A stretch of 64,000 nt of DNA from Verrucomicrobiota bacterium (GCA_047947115.1 CP170459.1:288001-352000); one strand, 5' to 3'; shown: positions 18,726 to 29,302, counted from the first letter of the stretch. The notes: generated from the letters alone by a model not told the origin. Translations and numbers: made by a program.

Positions 18726-19103
18726 TTAGATATGACGCGAATCCGAGTGGTCCTTCTCGGTGTAGCCGGATTCCTGCCGTTTGAAATTCACTTCATTCTT
18801 TTTCACGTAAGCCTGGAAAACATCGTCTGCACTCATCCCGAGAACCTGAGCCAGGCTGATCAGGAAATGGAATAAATCCACCACCTCGACCCGGGCGTTC
18901 TGCTCGTCAAACTTCTGGTACTTGGCCCACCATTTCCAAGGAACACTATCGGTGAGTTCGGCCATTTCCTGCCCCATCGCCCGGCAGTAATTCAAGACCC
19001 ACTCGGTCTTTTGCTCCTCGGTCATGGTATCGGTGTGCACACCGATCCGCTCGTTCAACGCCTTCTGCATGCGAAACAATTCGCGCAATTGATCCTGTTC
19101 CAT
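18726..19103 (-). CDS. Dimeric (all-alpha) dUTPase-family NTP pyrophosphatase
   Basis: QEMAEL.DSVPWKWW, EVVDLFHFLIS, Y.KKNEVNFKRQ.SGY. Confidence 0.9.
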   Translation of the reverse strand: MEQDQLRELFRMQKALNERIGVHTDTMTEEQKTEWVLNYCRAMGQEMAELTDSVPWKWWAKYQKFDEQNARVEVVDLFHFLISLAQVLGMSADDVFQAYVKKNEVNFKRQESGYTEKDHSDSRHI

Positions 19104-19370
19104 ACCGAGGGAGCATAGGCCGGGCCATTGGAAGCTGACAATGCACAAATTAACAGGATCAAATACGCTCCACTCAGTCAGGATTGCTTGCCAAATAACA
19201 TTTTAATCCCTCCCCGCCCCCCGCAGCAACAACGTGGGCTTTGGTTAAAGAAACTTTTTGCCTCACCAGAGCCATTAAGCAGGGCTGTGCGAAGGCAAGA
19301 AACCATTACTTCCCCCTGGCAGCGCGATCTTGCATCGATCAGCACATCGTGCAACAATTCAGCCATCGAT

Positions 19371-19583
19371 ATGAGCGCAGTAACAGTTTCACCTAAATTC
19401 CAAGTGGTCATTCCCAAAGAGGTTAGGGATGGTTTAAATTTGGCGCCCGGCGACCGAGTCGAGGTTATCCAGCTTGAAGGACGCATTGAGCTTGTTCCTA
19501 TTAGACCGGTTAAATCAATGAAAGGATTCCTAAAAGGCATAGAGAATACGTTTGAAAAGGAAAACGACAGATGCCTACCGTAA
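19371..19583 (+). CDS. vapB: AbrB/MazE/SpoVT-type antitoxin (VapB)
   Basis: VTVSPKFQVVIPKEVRDGLNL.PGD; overlaps the downstream PIN gene. Confidence 0.9.
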   Translation: MSAVTVSPKFQVVIPKEVRDGLNLAPGDRVEVIQLEGRIELVPIRPVKSMKGFLKGIENTFEKENDRCLP

Positions 19584-19960
19584 TCGATTCATCAGGTTGG
19601 ATAGAGTATTTTACCGATGGCCCGAATTGCGATTTTTTCGAACCGGCCATTCTGAACTTCAGTGATTTGATTGTTCCGTCGATAACGATTACGGAAGTTT
19701 TTCGATGGGTGATGCGTGAATCCTCAGTAGCAGATGCGCTTTCCATTGCTGCGACGATGAAACAGGGCAAAGTGGTCCCTTTAGATGATCGACTGGCGAT
19801 CCTGGCAGCGGAACTAAGCCACCGCCACCAGTTGAGGTTGGCAGACGGAATCATCTACGCAACAGCGCGTTATTCCAAGTCAGAATTACTTTCACAAGAT
19901 AGTGATCTCGAGCCATTGCCCGGCGTTCGCTACGTTCGTCACCCTAAACGGAGTAGATAA
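19571..19960 (+). CDS. vapC: VapC PIN-domain toxin
   Basis: VIDSSGWIEYF, PSITITEV, LADGIIYATA, LSQDSD acidic PIN motifs. Confidence 0.92.
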   Translation: MPTVIDSSGWIEYFTDGPNCDFFEPAILNFSDLIVPSITITEVFRWVMRESSVADALSIAATMKQGKVVPLDDRLAILAAELSHRHQLRLADGIIYATARYSKSELLSQDSDLEPLPGVRYVRHPKRSR

Positions 19961-20040
19961 CCCTTTTCAACCAGGGGAGAATTTCGGAACAACCCTGGTG
20001 ATTGCCTTTACCGAAGGGTTCGGGCATAGTGCGCACAATT

Positions 20041-21630
20041 GTGAGCAAAATTATAGAAAGTCAATCGCCCATCACGGTAGGCATGATCTCGCTTGGATGT
20101 GCCAAGAACCTGGTGGATTCTGAAATCATGCTGGGGCACCTGATGAAGGATGGTCTATCCATCACAAATGATCCAGAGGAAGCGGATGTCCTGATCGTCA
20201 ACACCTGTTCGTTCATCGACAGCGCCCAGGAGGAGAGCGTGGATACGATCCTGGAGTCTTCGGAGCTTCGCAAAGCGAAGAATCGTGGTCAGGGCTTGGT
20301 GGTCGCGGGCTGCCTGACACAGCGTTACAGCAAGGAACTCCCCAAACTGCTTCCTGAAGTGGACGTCTTCATGGGCATTGATCAGGTCGGGGAAGTGTCC
20401 AATCTCGTCAAACTGGCCCATCAACATCGAAAAAGCAAAGTCTCGCGGCCGCGGAAAAAGAAGGCAGATTCCGAAACGGCCAAACCAGCCCCCAAAGTCG
20501 AACAAGCGCCCATCATGGACGTGACCGCGCGTCCTGTTTACATTCCGGACTACACCACACCGCGTTTCCGGTTGACTCCGCATCATTTCGCTTATTTGAA
20601 AATCGCAGAGGGATGCAATCATCCATGCAGTTTCTGCATCATTCCCCGGATGCGAGGTTCGCATCGCAGCCGAAAACCCGAGGACATATTGGAGGAAGCA
20701 AAAGCCATGATCCGGGATGGCGTGAAGGAGATCAACCTGATCTCCCAGGATTCCACCTACTACGGCATGGACCTGCGTAAAGATCCTCGGCGCAACATCG
20801 CTTCTCCCCAAAAATTCAAAGAAGCCTCGGACGCACTCCCGGAAGATGCGACCACGCTATCCTCCCTTTTAAGACAGTTGAACGCCCTGGAGGGAGATTT
20901 CTGGGTGCGTATCCTGTATACGCACCCGGCCCACTGGACCGATGAACTGATCCGGACCATTGCCGAGTGCGAAAAGGTGGTCAAATACGTGGATATCCCC
21001 TTGCAGCACATTCATTCCACGATGCTGGAACGTATGCGAAGAGAAACGAGCCGTGAATACATCGAGGAGTTGATTCAGCGCATTCGGAAAGGCATTCCGG
21101 GCATCGCGATCAGAACCACGTTTATCGTTGGTTTTCCTGGGGAAACGGAGGGCTCCTTCGAATCGCTCCTGGATTTTATCCGCGAAACCAAATTCGAACG
21201 ACTGGGAGTCTTTGGATATTCCCATGAGGAAGGAACCCGAGCCGGAGGCATGGCAAACCAAGTGGACGATCTTGTCAAAGAAGCACGCAAAGCAGAAGCG
21301 ATGGAAGCCCAACTGGATGTCGCCAAGGAAATCGCAGCCGCACAAAAAGGCAAAATCATGAGGGTGCTTGTGGAAGGCCCCGCGGATCAACAGGTGATTG
21401 AAGAGGCAAACATCCAGTCCTGGGAACACGGATTCACGCGCAGTGGAACACCATCCGAAACGTTTACGCCGGATATGAGCGAACCCTGGATGATCGCCCG
21501 TGGCGAATCCGATGCCCCCGACATCGATGGAAGGATCTACATCCGAGGCGATCTGGAACCACATCAATTTCATCAGGTCCGGGTTGTCGGTAGCACGGAT
21601 TACGATCTGATTGCAGAACCGGTTCTCTAA
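20041..21630 (+). CDS. rimO: Ribosomal protein S12 methylthiotransferase
   Basis: SLGCAKNLVDSE, NTCSFI, AGCLTQRY, YLKIAEGCNHPCSFCIIP (radical SAM CxxxCxxC), APDIDG TRAM tail; GTG start inferred. Confidence 0.96.
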   Translation: MSKIIESQSPITVGMISLGCAKNLVDSEIMLGHLMKDGLSITNDPEEADVLIVNTCSFIDSAQEESVDTILESSELRKAKNRGQGLVVAGCLTQRYSKELPKLLPEVDVFMGIDQVGEVSNLVKLAHQHRKSKVSRPRKKKADSETAKPAPKVEQAPIMDVTARPVYIPDYTTPRFRLTPHHFAYLKIAEGCNHPCSFCIIPRMRGSHRSRKPEDILEEAKAMIRDGVKEINLISQDSTYYGMDLRKDPRRNIASPQKFKEASDALPEDATTLSSLLRQLNALEGDFWVRILYTHPAHWTDELIRTIAECEKVVKYVDIPLQHIHSTMLERMRRETSREYIEELIQRIRKGIPGIAIRTTFIVGFPGETEGSFESLLDFIRETKFERLGVFGYSHEEGTRAGGMANQVDDLVKEARKAEAMEAQLDVAKEIAAAQKGKIMRVLVEGPADQQVIEEANIQSWEHGFTRSGTPSETFTPDMSEPWMIARGESDAPDIDGRIYIRGDLEPHQFHQVRVVGSTDYDLIAEPVL

Positions 21631-21635
21631 TCTGT

Positions 21636-22763
21636 ATGGAAAGTAAAGCCGTGAACATTTTAATTGCACCCGATAAATTCAAGGGAACTTTGACCGGAAT
21701 CGAAGCGGCTCGATGCATGCGCAGTGGATGGAGGAAGCGACGTCCCAAGGATAAGCTTCGGTTGTTGCCGATCTGCGACGGAGGAGACGGGTTCGGGGAA
21801 GCCCTGGCCAATCTGGAAGGCGCACACAAAATGAGTTGCCAAACCATGGATGCCGCCCACCGCCCTATTCGAACCCACTGGTGGTGGCAACCTGAAAAGA
21901 GAATGGCCATTATCGAAACCGCTTTGGTGATCGGCTTGGCCCAACTCCCCAAGGGACGATATCATCCCTTTGATCTGGACACATTTGGACTGGGAAAAAT
22001 GCTCCTGCAAGCAGCAGCCAAAGGAGCGCGCACCTGCGTCATCGGCATCGGCGGGAGTGCCACCAATGATGGAGGATTTGGCATGGCTAGAGCTTTGGGA
22101 TGGCGATTCCTGGATGCAAAGGGGAAGGAAATACTTGAGTGGCCCCAGTTGACTGCATTGACCAACCTTCAGCGCCCTTCAAAACGAAAATTGTTCCCAA
22201 ACCTCATCATCGCATCCGATGTCACCAACATCCTTCTCGGAACTGAAGGTGCGTCCCGCATCTATGGACCACAGAAAGGTTTAAGAGCAAAGGATATGGC
22301 CAGATCCGAAGCTTGCCTCAAGCAACTTGCAATCCACGTAGACCCGCGTCAAGGCAAGCCATACCAGACCATGCCAGGAACAGGAGCGGCCGGCGGCCTG
22401 GGTTATGGTTTGATGGCTTTTCTTAGTGGCAAAGCGCAGTCCGGATTTGATTACTTCTGCAAACGATCAAAATTGGAGCACCATATTGACTGGGCGGACC
22501 TCGTTTTGACCGGTGAAGGCTCGCTGGACAAGTCCAGTTTGATGGGAAAAGGCGTTGGTGGCGTCGCCTTAAAATGTCAGGAAAGAAACACTCCCTGCAT
22601 TGGACTGGGAGGCATGATCAAGCATAAAAAAATCATTAATCAATTATTTCAAAACACTTACGCAATTGCACCTGAATTGACAGACGCCGAAAATGCTCAA
22701 GCTAATGCGGCAAAATGGCTCACATTATTAGCAACAAAGGCATCCTCTGACATTCAATTGTAA
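21636..22763 (+). CDS. glxK: Glycerate kinase (GlxK/GarK family)
   Basis: IAPDKFKGTL, DGGDG, IGIGGSATNDGG.G, GAAGGLG, TGEG.LD. Confidence 0.93.
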   Translation: MESKAVNILIAPDKFKGTLTGIEAARCMRSGWRKRRPKDKLRLLPICDGGDGFGEALANLEGAHKMSCQTMDAAHRPIRTHWWWQPEKRMAIIETALVIGLAQLPKGRYHPFDLDTFGLGKMLLQAAAKGARTCVIGIGGSATNDGGFGMARALGWRFLDAKGKEILEWPQLTALTNLQRPSKRKLFPNLIIASDVTNILLGTEGASRIYGPQKGLRAKDMARSEACLKQLAIHVDPRQGKPYQTMPGTGAAGGLGYGLMAFLSGKAQSGFDYFCKRSKLEHHIDWADLVLTGEGSLDKSSLMGKGVGGVALKCQERNTPCIGLGGMIKHKKIINQLFQNTYAIAPELTDAENAQANAAKWLTLLATKASSDIQL

Positions 22764-22867
22764 AGAAGTCTTGGGCTTTACTTCAAAATAGGGTAGCATG
22801 TCCACCAATTACGGAATTGATTTCCGAATTTGAACTCAGGCGACCGGTTTCGGTCCAACAGCAGACA

Positions 22868-23113
22868 ATGAAGTTGAACAAGAACGTGAAGCAAACTACA
22901 GAACTTGAGATAGGACAACTCTGGAAGGTTGGGGAATTTCATATCGAAATAGTCCAAATTGGCAAAACCCTCTGCCATTACAGACATTTACGCAATCTTG
23001 GTCAGAAAGGTATCCCCGTAAAACTGGAGCAATTACAGGTCGTTAAGAAATACCTGCGCACGAACAAGGCGGAACTTGTTGGCAATAAGAAGAAGAAAGC
23101 GGCTCGGAAATAG
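22868..23113 (+). CDS. Small basic hypothetical protein (81 aa)
   Basis: LEIGQLWKV...IEIVQIGKTLCHYR; Lys-rich tail; followed by a terminator. Confidence 0.65.
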   Translation: MKLNKNVKQTTELEIGQLWKVGEFHIEIVQIGKTLCHYRHLRNLGQKGIPVKLEQLQVVKKYLRTNKAELVGNKKKKAARK

Positions 23114-23142
23114 ATTCCCCGAAAAACGAAATTTCAACCACG

Positions 23143-23174
23143 AACGCCCGCATGTTTCATCTTGCGGGCGTTTT
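23143..23174 (+). terminator. Intrinsic terminator between convergent genes
   Basis: AACGCCCGCA...TGCGGGCGTT-TT. Confidence 0.65.
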
Positions 23175-23191
23175 GCTCGCAGATGGCGACG

Positions 23192-23497
23192 TCATTGGGC
23201 AATCAAAAGAGCCACACGGCAGATGGCAAGCGGGAGCGTCTCGGCGACCACTTCGGTGCTGGTACTGGGGTCGGAACCATAGCGCGCAAAATACGGTTTG
23301 GATCGTATCTGGGTTTTACCGGTATTAATCGTCACACCAAATTCGGATTTTAGAGCGCGCTTGACCTTGTTGGACTCCTTGTCATCTGTTGAATAGGGGG
23401 GACAGTTGTCCACACCGGACACCCCAAAGACCTGCGAATGGATTGCAAGGTCCAGGGTTTGCCCCGGTTGGGCTTGATATGGATCTGTTATTTCCAT
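23192..23497 (-). CDS. Small protein resembling the phage ABA-sandwich (BC1872-like) domain
   Basis: MEITDPY...LDLAIHSQVFG...PPYSTD...AETLPLAICRVALL. The longer ORF-track version extends spuriously into the IS. Confidence 0.6.
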   Translation of the reverse strand: MEITDPYQAQPGQTLDLAIHSQVFGVSGVDNCPPYSTDDKESNKVKRALKSEFGVTINTGKTQIRSKPYFARYGSDPSTSTEVVAETLPLAICRVALLIAQ

Positions 23498-23560
23498 GGA
23501 GCTTAATATTAATTCTTGGTTGATCGACGACTGATGGTTGCGTTGAGCGGAGGACCCTAA

Positions 23561-25043
23561 CAGCCCGTTTAATAAGTGCCAATTTCGAAAAACCGAATGA
23601 TCCGAATCTCGTCCGGCTTCGATTTCATCAAGCTGCATAATAAAATGGTGGAAATCAGTAAAAGGACGGCGGGAGCCATATTTATCGCCCCCTGAGTCAT
23701 CCATTCGCCAAAAATTATGACAAAAGCAGCCGTCAAAGCGGTAGCGAGGCTCGCTTCCCAGTTTCTTGGCTTGGCGAGGCCAAAGATTTTCCGCATCAGC
23801 AATCCGAGGTTGAATGCTGCGCACTTCAGTGTGTGAATCTTGGTGACATTTTCCATTCCCTGGAGCCAGGTTCGACGTCCAGCTCCTGTTTCGCACACAT
23901 GAGCAAATGTTCGCTCCACAAGTTCGCTTCGTTTTCGACTCAGTCGCTTACCCTTGACACTCCGAACTCTTCGTCGATTACCACGGAATGCGTGTTCGTA
24001 GCTTTCCGGCTTGTCCACCCACTTACGCTTCTTTTGCTTCTTCTCTGGTATGTATGTGCGGATACCCCACTGCGTGAGCCGTTCCAACAATGCGTTGCTG
24101 TGATATCCCTTGTCCATCACCGCCTCTTCAACGGTCCTTTCTGATTCGATTAATTGTAGATTGGCTTCAGCCAAGATGAGGCTCTCAGGCCCCGTGGTTG
24201 TATCGCCTTGATCTGCATGTGTGACATGACAAGAAACAATTGCCTCGGTTTCCAAGTCCACCGAATGTTCAGCCTTATATGCAAGATGTGTGCGCCCATC
24301 TTTCATCTTGGTAATGCGGCTGTCCGGATCTGACTTGCTTTGCCATTCTTTGTTGGAAACTTTCTTCCCCTTGCGCCCTCGGTCGATGCGCTGAATGTCT
24401 TCATCACTCGGATTTTCAATGCCTTCTTCTTTGGCCAGTTCACGAAGGTATTCTTTCCAATCCTCACCCGTCCCTTTGCGCACGATGCTACGCATGGCTG
24501 CATTGGCTTCCAGGGTGGTGGCATCAACACCAAGAGTTTTTCCCTTCAAAAGCTTTTTCTCTTTGAGTTGTTCAAGGACAAAAAGGAAAACCTTGTGAAA
24601 CACTTCATCGGACAAGCGTTGACGGATAATTGTCATCGATGCGTGAACAGGAGTTTTCTCTGTCAAACTGATGCCGAGAAATTCACGCAGGCAAAGGCTA
24701 TCATGACATCTCCATGCGATACCACGTTGACTGTTGAGCCCTTCAAAGTATCCGATGAAAATCATCCGGAAATAAATACCGGGCGCAATGCCTGGCCTAC
24801 CAAAATTCTTGTAAAACGGGGCGCACAACTCTTCGACATAAGCATCAAATCCGCACTCATCAAAAACCTGATTGAGTTTGGAATAAAACGGGTGAGCCGG
24901 CGTTTTGGGAATCTGATTGGAGGCAATGAACAGTTCTTGCTGTTTCGTTTTCCGTTTGCCAAGTGCCATGGCAAATACTTTACTTGATCATGTGATCAAT
25001 CACGAATCTTTTCGTGAAGAATTGTGACTTTTTTAACGGGCTG
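23561..25043 (-). mobile_element. Insertion sequence, IS1182-like, 1483 bp, CTAA target duplication
   Basis: Terminal IRs CAGCCCGTTtAAtAAGTgcCAAT / CAGCCCGTTaAAaAAGTcaCAAT; CTAA at 23557-23560 and 25044-25047. Confidence 0.9.
23569..24969 (-). CDS. IS1182-like DDE transposase
   Basis: HPFY..LN, GRPGIAP..YFRM..IGYFEG..S.RGIAWRC.DSL, VDATTLEANA, SDPDSRITKMK, DKGY, R.ELVERTFAH. Confidence 0.9.
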   Translation of the reverse strand: MALGKRKTKQQELFIASNQIPKTPAHPFYSKLNQVFDECGFDAYVEELCAPFYKNFGRPGIAPGIYFRMIFIGYFEGLNSQRGIAWRCHDSLCLREFLGISLTEKTPVHASMTIIRQRLSDEVFHKVFLFVLEQLKEKKLLKGKTLGVDATTLEANAAMRSIVRKGTGEDWKEYLRELAKEEGIENPSDEDIQRIDRGRKGKKVSNKEWQSKSDPDSRITKMKDGRTHLAYKAEHSVDLETEAIVSCHVTHADQGDTTTGPESLILAEANLQLIESERTVEEAVMDKGYHSNALLERLTQWGIRTYIPEKKQKKRKWVDKPESYEHAFRGNRRRVRSVKGKRLSRKRSELVERTFAHVCETGAGRRTWLQGMENVTKIHTLKCAAFNLGLLMRKIFGLAKPRNWEASLATALTAAFVIIFGEWMTQGAINMAPAVLLLISTILLCSLMKSKPDEIRIIRFFEIGTY

Positions 25044-25219
25044 CTAAGCGAAGAAAATGAAGCATTTCAAATGAAAACTTCCACCACCTTATCTCAATGA
25101 GCATCCAGAAATTTCCCTCTCTTGATGAACACCCGGCAGAATAAGTTCCAAGCTCATTCAAACTCGGCGACGAAACATCGTTGACAACAAGGCAAAAACC
25201 ACGAACAAATGAGCTGGAT

Positions 25220-25963
25220 ATGGGGCAACTAAACGAAAAAATTGCGGTCGTGACCGGCGCTGGACGAGGGATCGGCAAGGCCATCGCTCTTCAATTCGCA
25301 AGAGAAGGAGCGGATGTGGTCTGCCTCTCCCGAACGGCTGAGAACGCCGAAGCGGCTGCCAAAGAGGTCAGGGAACTGGGACGAAAAGCCTGGGCTTTTG
25401 CTGTGGACGTCTCCAGCAGCGAAGCCACGCAGCAGGCCGCTGCAAACATCTTGAAGGAAACCGGACGCGTTGACATCCTGGTCAACAACGCCGGGGTCAC
25501 TCGAGACGACCTGCTCATGCGGATGAGTGACGAGGCTTGGGACACCGTTTTGGACACCAACCTCAAAGGAGCATTCACCCTGTGCAAGGCTTTCTCACGT
25601 CCGTTGATGAAACAACGAAGCGGCTGCATCATCAACATTTCTTCCGTGATCGGACTGATGGGCAATGCCGGACAAACCAACTACGCGGCAAGTAAAGCGG
25701 GCTTGATCGGCTTAACCAAATCCATTGCCAGGGAACTCGCTGCCCGAAACGTCACTTGCAACGCCATTGCCCCGGGATTCATCGAAACCGATATGACGGC
25801 AGAACTGAACGAGGATCAAAAACAGGCTATTTTGAATCAAATACCACTGAGGCAATTGGGCCAGCCCGAGGACATTGCCTTGGCAGCCGTTTACCTTGCC
25901 GGACACGGCGGAAAATATGTCACCGGACAGGTCCTGACAGTGGATGGCGGCATGGTGATGTAA
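25220..25963 (+). CDS. fabG: 3-oxoacyl-ACP reductase
   Basis: TGAGRGIG, NNAGVTRD.LLMRM, GNAGQTNYAASKAG, APGFIETDMT; next to acpP. Confidence 0.96.
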   Translation: MGQLNEKIAVVTGAGRGIGKAIALQFAREGADVVCLSRTAENAEAAAKEVRELGRKAWAFAVDVSSSEATQQAAANILKETGRVDILVNNAGVTRDDLLMRMSDEAWDTVLDTNLKGAFTLCKAFSRPLMKQRSGCIINISSVIGLMGNAGQTNYAASKAGLIGLTKSIARELAARNVTCNAIAPGFIETDMTAELNEDQKQAILNQIPLRQLGQPEDIALAAVYLAGHGGKYVTGQVLTVDGGMVM

Positions 25964-26130
25964 TCAGGATCACTCAAATACTTTCAACGAAACACCTAGA
26001 ATCAAAAACCATTTTCAACCAGCAAATCACGGTCAGGCCGAAAATTTATTTTTCTTTTTATGGATTCGAAGCTTGACGGTGCATTCAAGGTTGTTAAAGA
26101 CACAGATAGTTAAACGTTACGGAGAAACTC

Positions 26131-26376
26131 ATGTCTGAAAAATCTATTGAACAACGTGTAAAAGACATCATCGTCGAACAGCTCGGCGTCAACGCGGATC
26201 AGGTCACACCCGAGGCCAAATTTATTGAAGATCTCGGTGCTGATTCACTGGATACCGTGGAACTGGTGATGGCTTTGGAAGAAGAATTTGGTCAGGAAAT
26301 TCCTGACGATGAAGCCGAAAAACTGCAAAGCGTCGGCGACGTCATCAAATACATTGAGGAAACTCAAGGCGAATAA
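26131..26376 (+). CDS. acpP: Acyl carrier protein
   Basis: [20 protein letters not shown]. Confidence 0.98.
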   Translation: MSEKSIEQRVKDIIVEQLGVNADQVTPEAKFIEDLGADSLDTVELVMALEEEFGQEIPDDEAEKLQSVGDVIKYIEETQGE

Positions 26377-26448
26377 AACCAAGATAAACTGAATTCCATT
26401 TTGATGGATGCGGTTGCCGTTCGACAAACGGCAACCGCAGATTTTTTT

Positions 26449-27705
26449 ATGTCAGAATCCAATTACCAACGCCGCGTGGTCATCACCGGCCAGGGAGTGG
26501 TGTCCCCTCTGGGTAACACGCCCGAACAACTTTGGAGCAACTTGCTTGAAGGTCAGTGCGGTATTGACCACATCAAAGCTTTTGACGTATCCGCCTACGA
26601 TTGTCAGATCGCAGGAGAAGTGCTCGATCTGGACCCCGTCCCAGCTTTTCCAACTCCAAAAGAAATCCGCAGGACGGATCGATACGCTCAGTTTGGCATT
26701 TATGCCGCTTACCAGGCGCTTAAAGATTCCGGTTTGGATCTTGAAAAGTGCAATCTGGAAGAAGTAGGTGCATTTATCGGCTCGGGAATCGGAGGCTTGT
26801 CCACCCTGGAAAAGCAACACAGCATTCTGGAAGCCAAAGGTCCAGCCCGTGTGTCACCTTTTCTGATCCCCATGCAGATTCTGAACATGGCGTCCGGACT
26901 CTTTTCCATGTATTACGGATTGAAAGGACCGAACGTCGCGACCTGCTCGGCCTGCGCCACCGCAACCCACGCTTTGGGTGAAGCATGGCGAACCATCAAG
27001 ATGGGAGATGCCCAGGTCATGTTTGCGGGCGGAGCGGAGGCAGCGGTCACTCCGGTGGGCATAGGAGGCTTTTCCGCCATGAAGGCCATGAGCACCCGCA
27101 ATGACGAACCCAAACGCGCTTCACGCCCCTTTGATGCCGACCGAAACGGGTTTGTCATGGGTGAAGGAGCCGCCGTTCTGGTACTGGAAGAAATCGAACA
27201 CGCCAAAGCACGGGGCGCTACGATCTATGGTGAATTGATTGGGTACGGCAACACCGCCGACGCTCACCACATGACAGCCCCCTCCCCTGATGGTGAAGGA
27301 GCTGCCCGGTGCATGAAAATGGCATTGAGATCAGCCGGCATTCCCTACGATAGCATCGACTACATCAACGCCCACGGCACATCCACGCCTCAGGGTGACA
27401 TCTGTGAAACATCGGCCATCAAGACGGTGTTCGGGGATCACGCCCGAAAACTCTGCGTCAGCTCCACCAAAGGCGCAACAGGCCACATGCTGGGAGCGGC
27501 TGGAGCCATCGAAATGAGCGTTTGCATGATGGCCATGAGGGATCAAAAAGTGCCACCGACCATCAATTACGAAAATCCCGACCCGGAATGTGATTTGGAC
27601 TACGTGCCCAATGAAGCCAGGGACAGGAAAGTCGGTGCGATCATGAACAACTCATTTGGTTTTGGTGGACACAACGCCTGCGTGATTGCCAAACAACTGG
27701 ATTAG
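26449..27705 (+). CDS. fabF: Beta-ketoacyl-ACP synthase II
   Basis: RRVVITG.G, SACAT, YINAHGTSTP, SSTKGATGHMLGAAG, NSFGFGGHNA. Confidence 0.97.
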   Translation: MSESNYQRRVVITGQGVVSPLGNTPEQLWSNLLEGQCGIDHIKAFDVSAYDCQIAGEVLDLDPVPAFPTPKEIRRTDRYAQFGIYAAYQALKDSGLDLEKCNLEEVGAFIGSGIGGLSTLEKQHSILEAKGPARVSPFLIPMQILNMASGLFSMYYGLKGPNVATCSACATATHALGEAWRTIKMGDAQVMFAGGAEAAVTPVGIGGFSAMKAMSTRNDEPKRASRPFDADRNGFVMGEGAAVLVLEEIEHAKARGATIYGELIGYGNTADAHHMTAPSPDGEGAARCMKMALRSAGIPYDSIDYINAHGTSTPQGDICETSAIKTVFGDHARKLCVSSTKGATGHMLGAAGAIEMSVCMMAMRDQKVPPTINYENPDPECDLDYVPNEARDRKVGAIMNNSFGFGGHNACVIAKQLD

Positions 27706-27743
27706 AAGCACCGCAAACCGAATCAGTTCACATTTAAATTGGA

Positions 27744-27771
27744 AAGAGCCGGATCTGTCGATCCGGCTCTT
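27744..27771. terminator. Bidirectional terminator hairpin
   Basis: AAGAGCCGGATC-tgtc-GATCCGGCTCTT between convergent genes. Confidence 0.75.
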
Positions 27772-27805
27772 GTCGTTTTCGTTGGAATAAAGTCCAATAG
27801 TAGAA

Positions 27806-28216
27806 TTATTTCTTCTTACGACCTGCCTTCTTCTTGGGAGCGGCAGTTTCCTTGACGGCGTTGGCCATGCCAAACGTATTACCGACCTTGACGAATTCCC
27901 GATTGGAATACAGAGCTGCTGAGAGGGAATTCAGAGGATGGCTGGTGGAAAACTTGTACCCGAGATCCTGGACAGCTTTGAGAATTTCTTTGCGTCCCAT
28001 CGGCTTTTTGGAGATGACGGTGGCGATCGCCGATCTAAGATTCATCTCGTTACGGGCGCGCTTGGCGCGACGACGAATACCAATTCCACGAACACCCAAC
28101 CCGGCAGGTACTCCCAGGGCTTCATCAATTTGTTTGATCTGTTCTTCGAGGTTTTTGCGCTCTTCCAACAAGGACTCACGCATCCCCATGAATTCTTCTA
28201 ACTGTTTATTTATCAT
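27806..28216 (-). CDS. Basic coiled-coil / winged-helix-like protein, candidate nucleoid-associated protein
   Basis: N-terminal heptad coil (RESLLEERKNLEEQIKQIDEAL), Arg-rich linker, helical domain (EILKAVQDLGYKFS..HPLNSL...LY), Lys-rich tail. Confidence 0.7.
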   Translation of the reverse strand: MINKQLEEFMGMRESLLEERKNLEEQIKQIDEALGVPAGLGVRGIGIRRRAKRARNEMNLRSAIATVISKKPMGRKEILKAVQDLGYKFSTSHPLNSLSAALYSNREFVKVGNTFGMANAVKETAAPKKKAGRKKK

Positions 28217-28539
28217 TAGATTGGATTTTTATACTTGGTTGCTATGCATGTGAAATGCACGAAATGACTATTCCACGACTTCATGAAATGTCAATTCTAA
28301 TATATTATCAGAAAAATCAATTATCCCTTTTTCATACATTCGATACATTTGCATTACCAAGCATACCTCTCCGGATCAAACATCTTATGCTAGCGCATTA
28401 TTATGATCCATAAAGACCAGTTCTTATTACAATACAAACTGTTACAATCACATAATGTCATTCACCGAACACAATGTCACCTCAGATGACCAGAAGCAAC
28501 TTTCTCGGAATCTCGAGTATTTTAGTGTCGAAGAAATTT

Positions 28540-29085
28540 TTAAAGCGCACGACGCTTTACTTTCATTAGTATCGCAACAGTTTCATAATAAAGATTCATT
28601 TGATAAAAATGAGTGGCATTTGTAGGCAACCTATCCGAGACAGTCGTCATTCCACCCCGGGTATCACCAGCCAATTGAACAAGGGAATCTTCGCAAACTT
28701 TGCCTGAACCCAACGGGAAATAATGTTCGGCCAGAAGTATGTGGCGGATCGCCTGCTCCAACGCTCCCACCTTGCCGCATGAAATTCAGGAGCTCGTCAC
28801 CGCATCCTGCAATAAACGCAAACAATGTCGCAGATAGAAACGGTTCATAACAAAGCCGATAATAAAGATCCGCGGAAGAGGATCAGACTCAAACGGAACG
28901 GGACTGTATCGAATCAAATCGACCAACATGAAGCTGCCGTGAAAAACGAACAAAAAATGTTTACCTGCATACATATTATGCGCAAACCATTTATTTCCTT
29001 TTACGTTGTTTTTCCCCTTTCTGATTGACGACATGAACATGATCAAGCTACCAGACAAATTTTTTAACCATTTAAATACATACAC
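28540..29085 (-). pseudogene. Possible decayed NarL-type receiver-domain remnant
   Basis: Two same-frame ORFs separated by TGA at 28786; PRIFII...LEQAIRHILLAEHYFP weakly resembles a NarL REC C-terminus. Confidence 0.25.
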
Positions 29086-29302
29086 TTAAAACACTACCAA
29101 CAACCTCCTCTCCTCCAGAACCGCATTTGATTTGATTCATCCGCTGGCAAGAATACCTCTTGGCACCAGAAATGTTCATACCTAGACCATGAGCATCCGT
29201 CATTTGCATCAAGGAGTGGATCGATCCACCCAAATCGGTGAGTCTCGAGAAAAGAACTCGCTTCCAAGTGAAAAAGTTACAACAATCCAGTCCGATCGCC
29301 CT

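Noticed and set aside
19128..19370. N-terminal extension of the antitoxin ORF
   Set aside because: The AbrB fold begins at ATG 19371; the upstream part is non-coding and overlaps the dUTPase promoter region.
23498..23896. 234-aa ORF 23192-23896
   Set aside because: The upstream part is an alternate frame inside the IS; the real gene likely starts at 23497.
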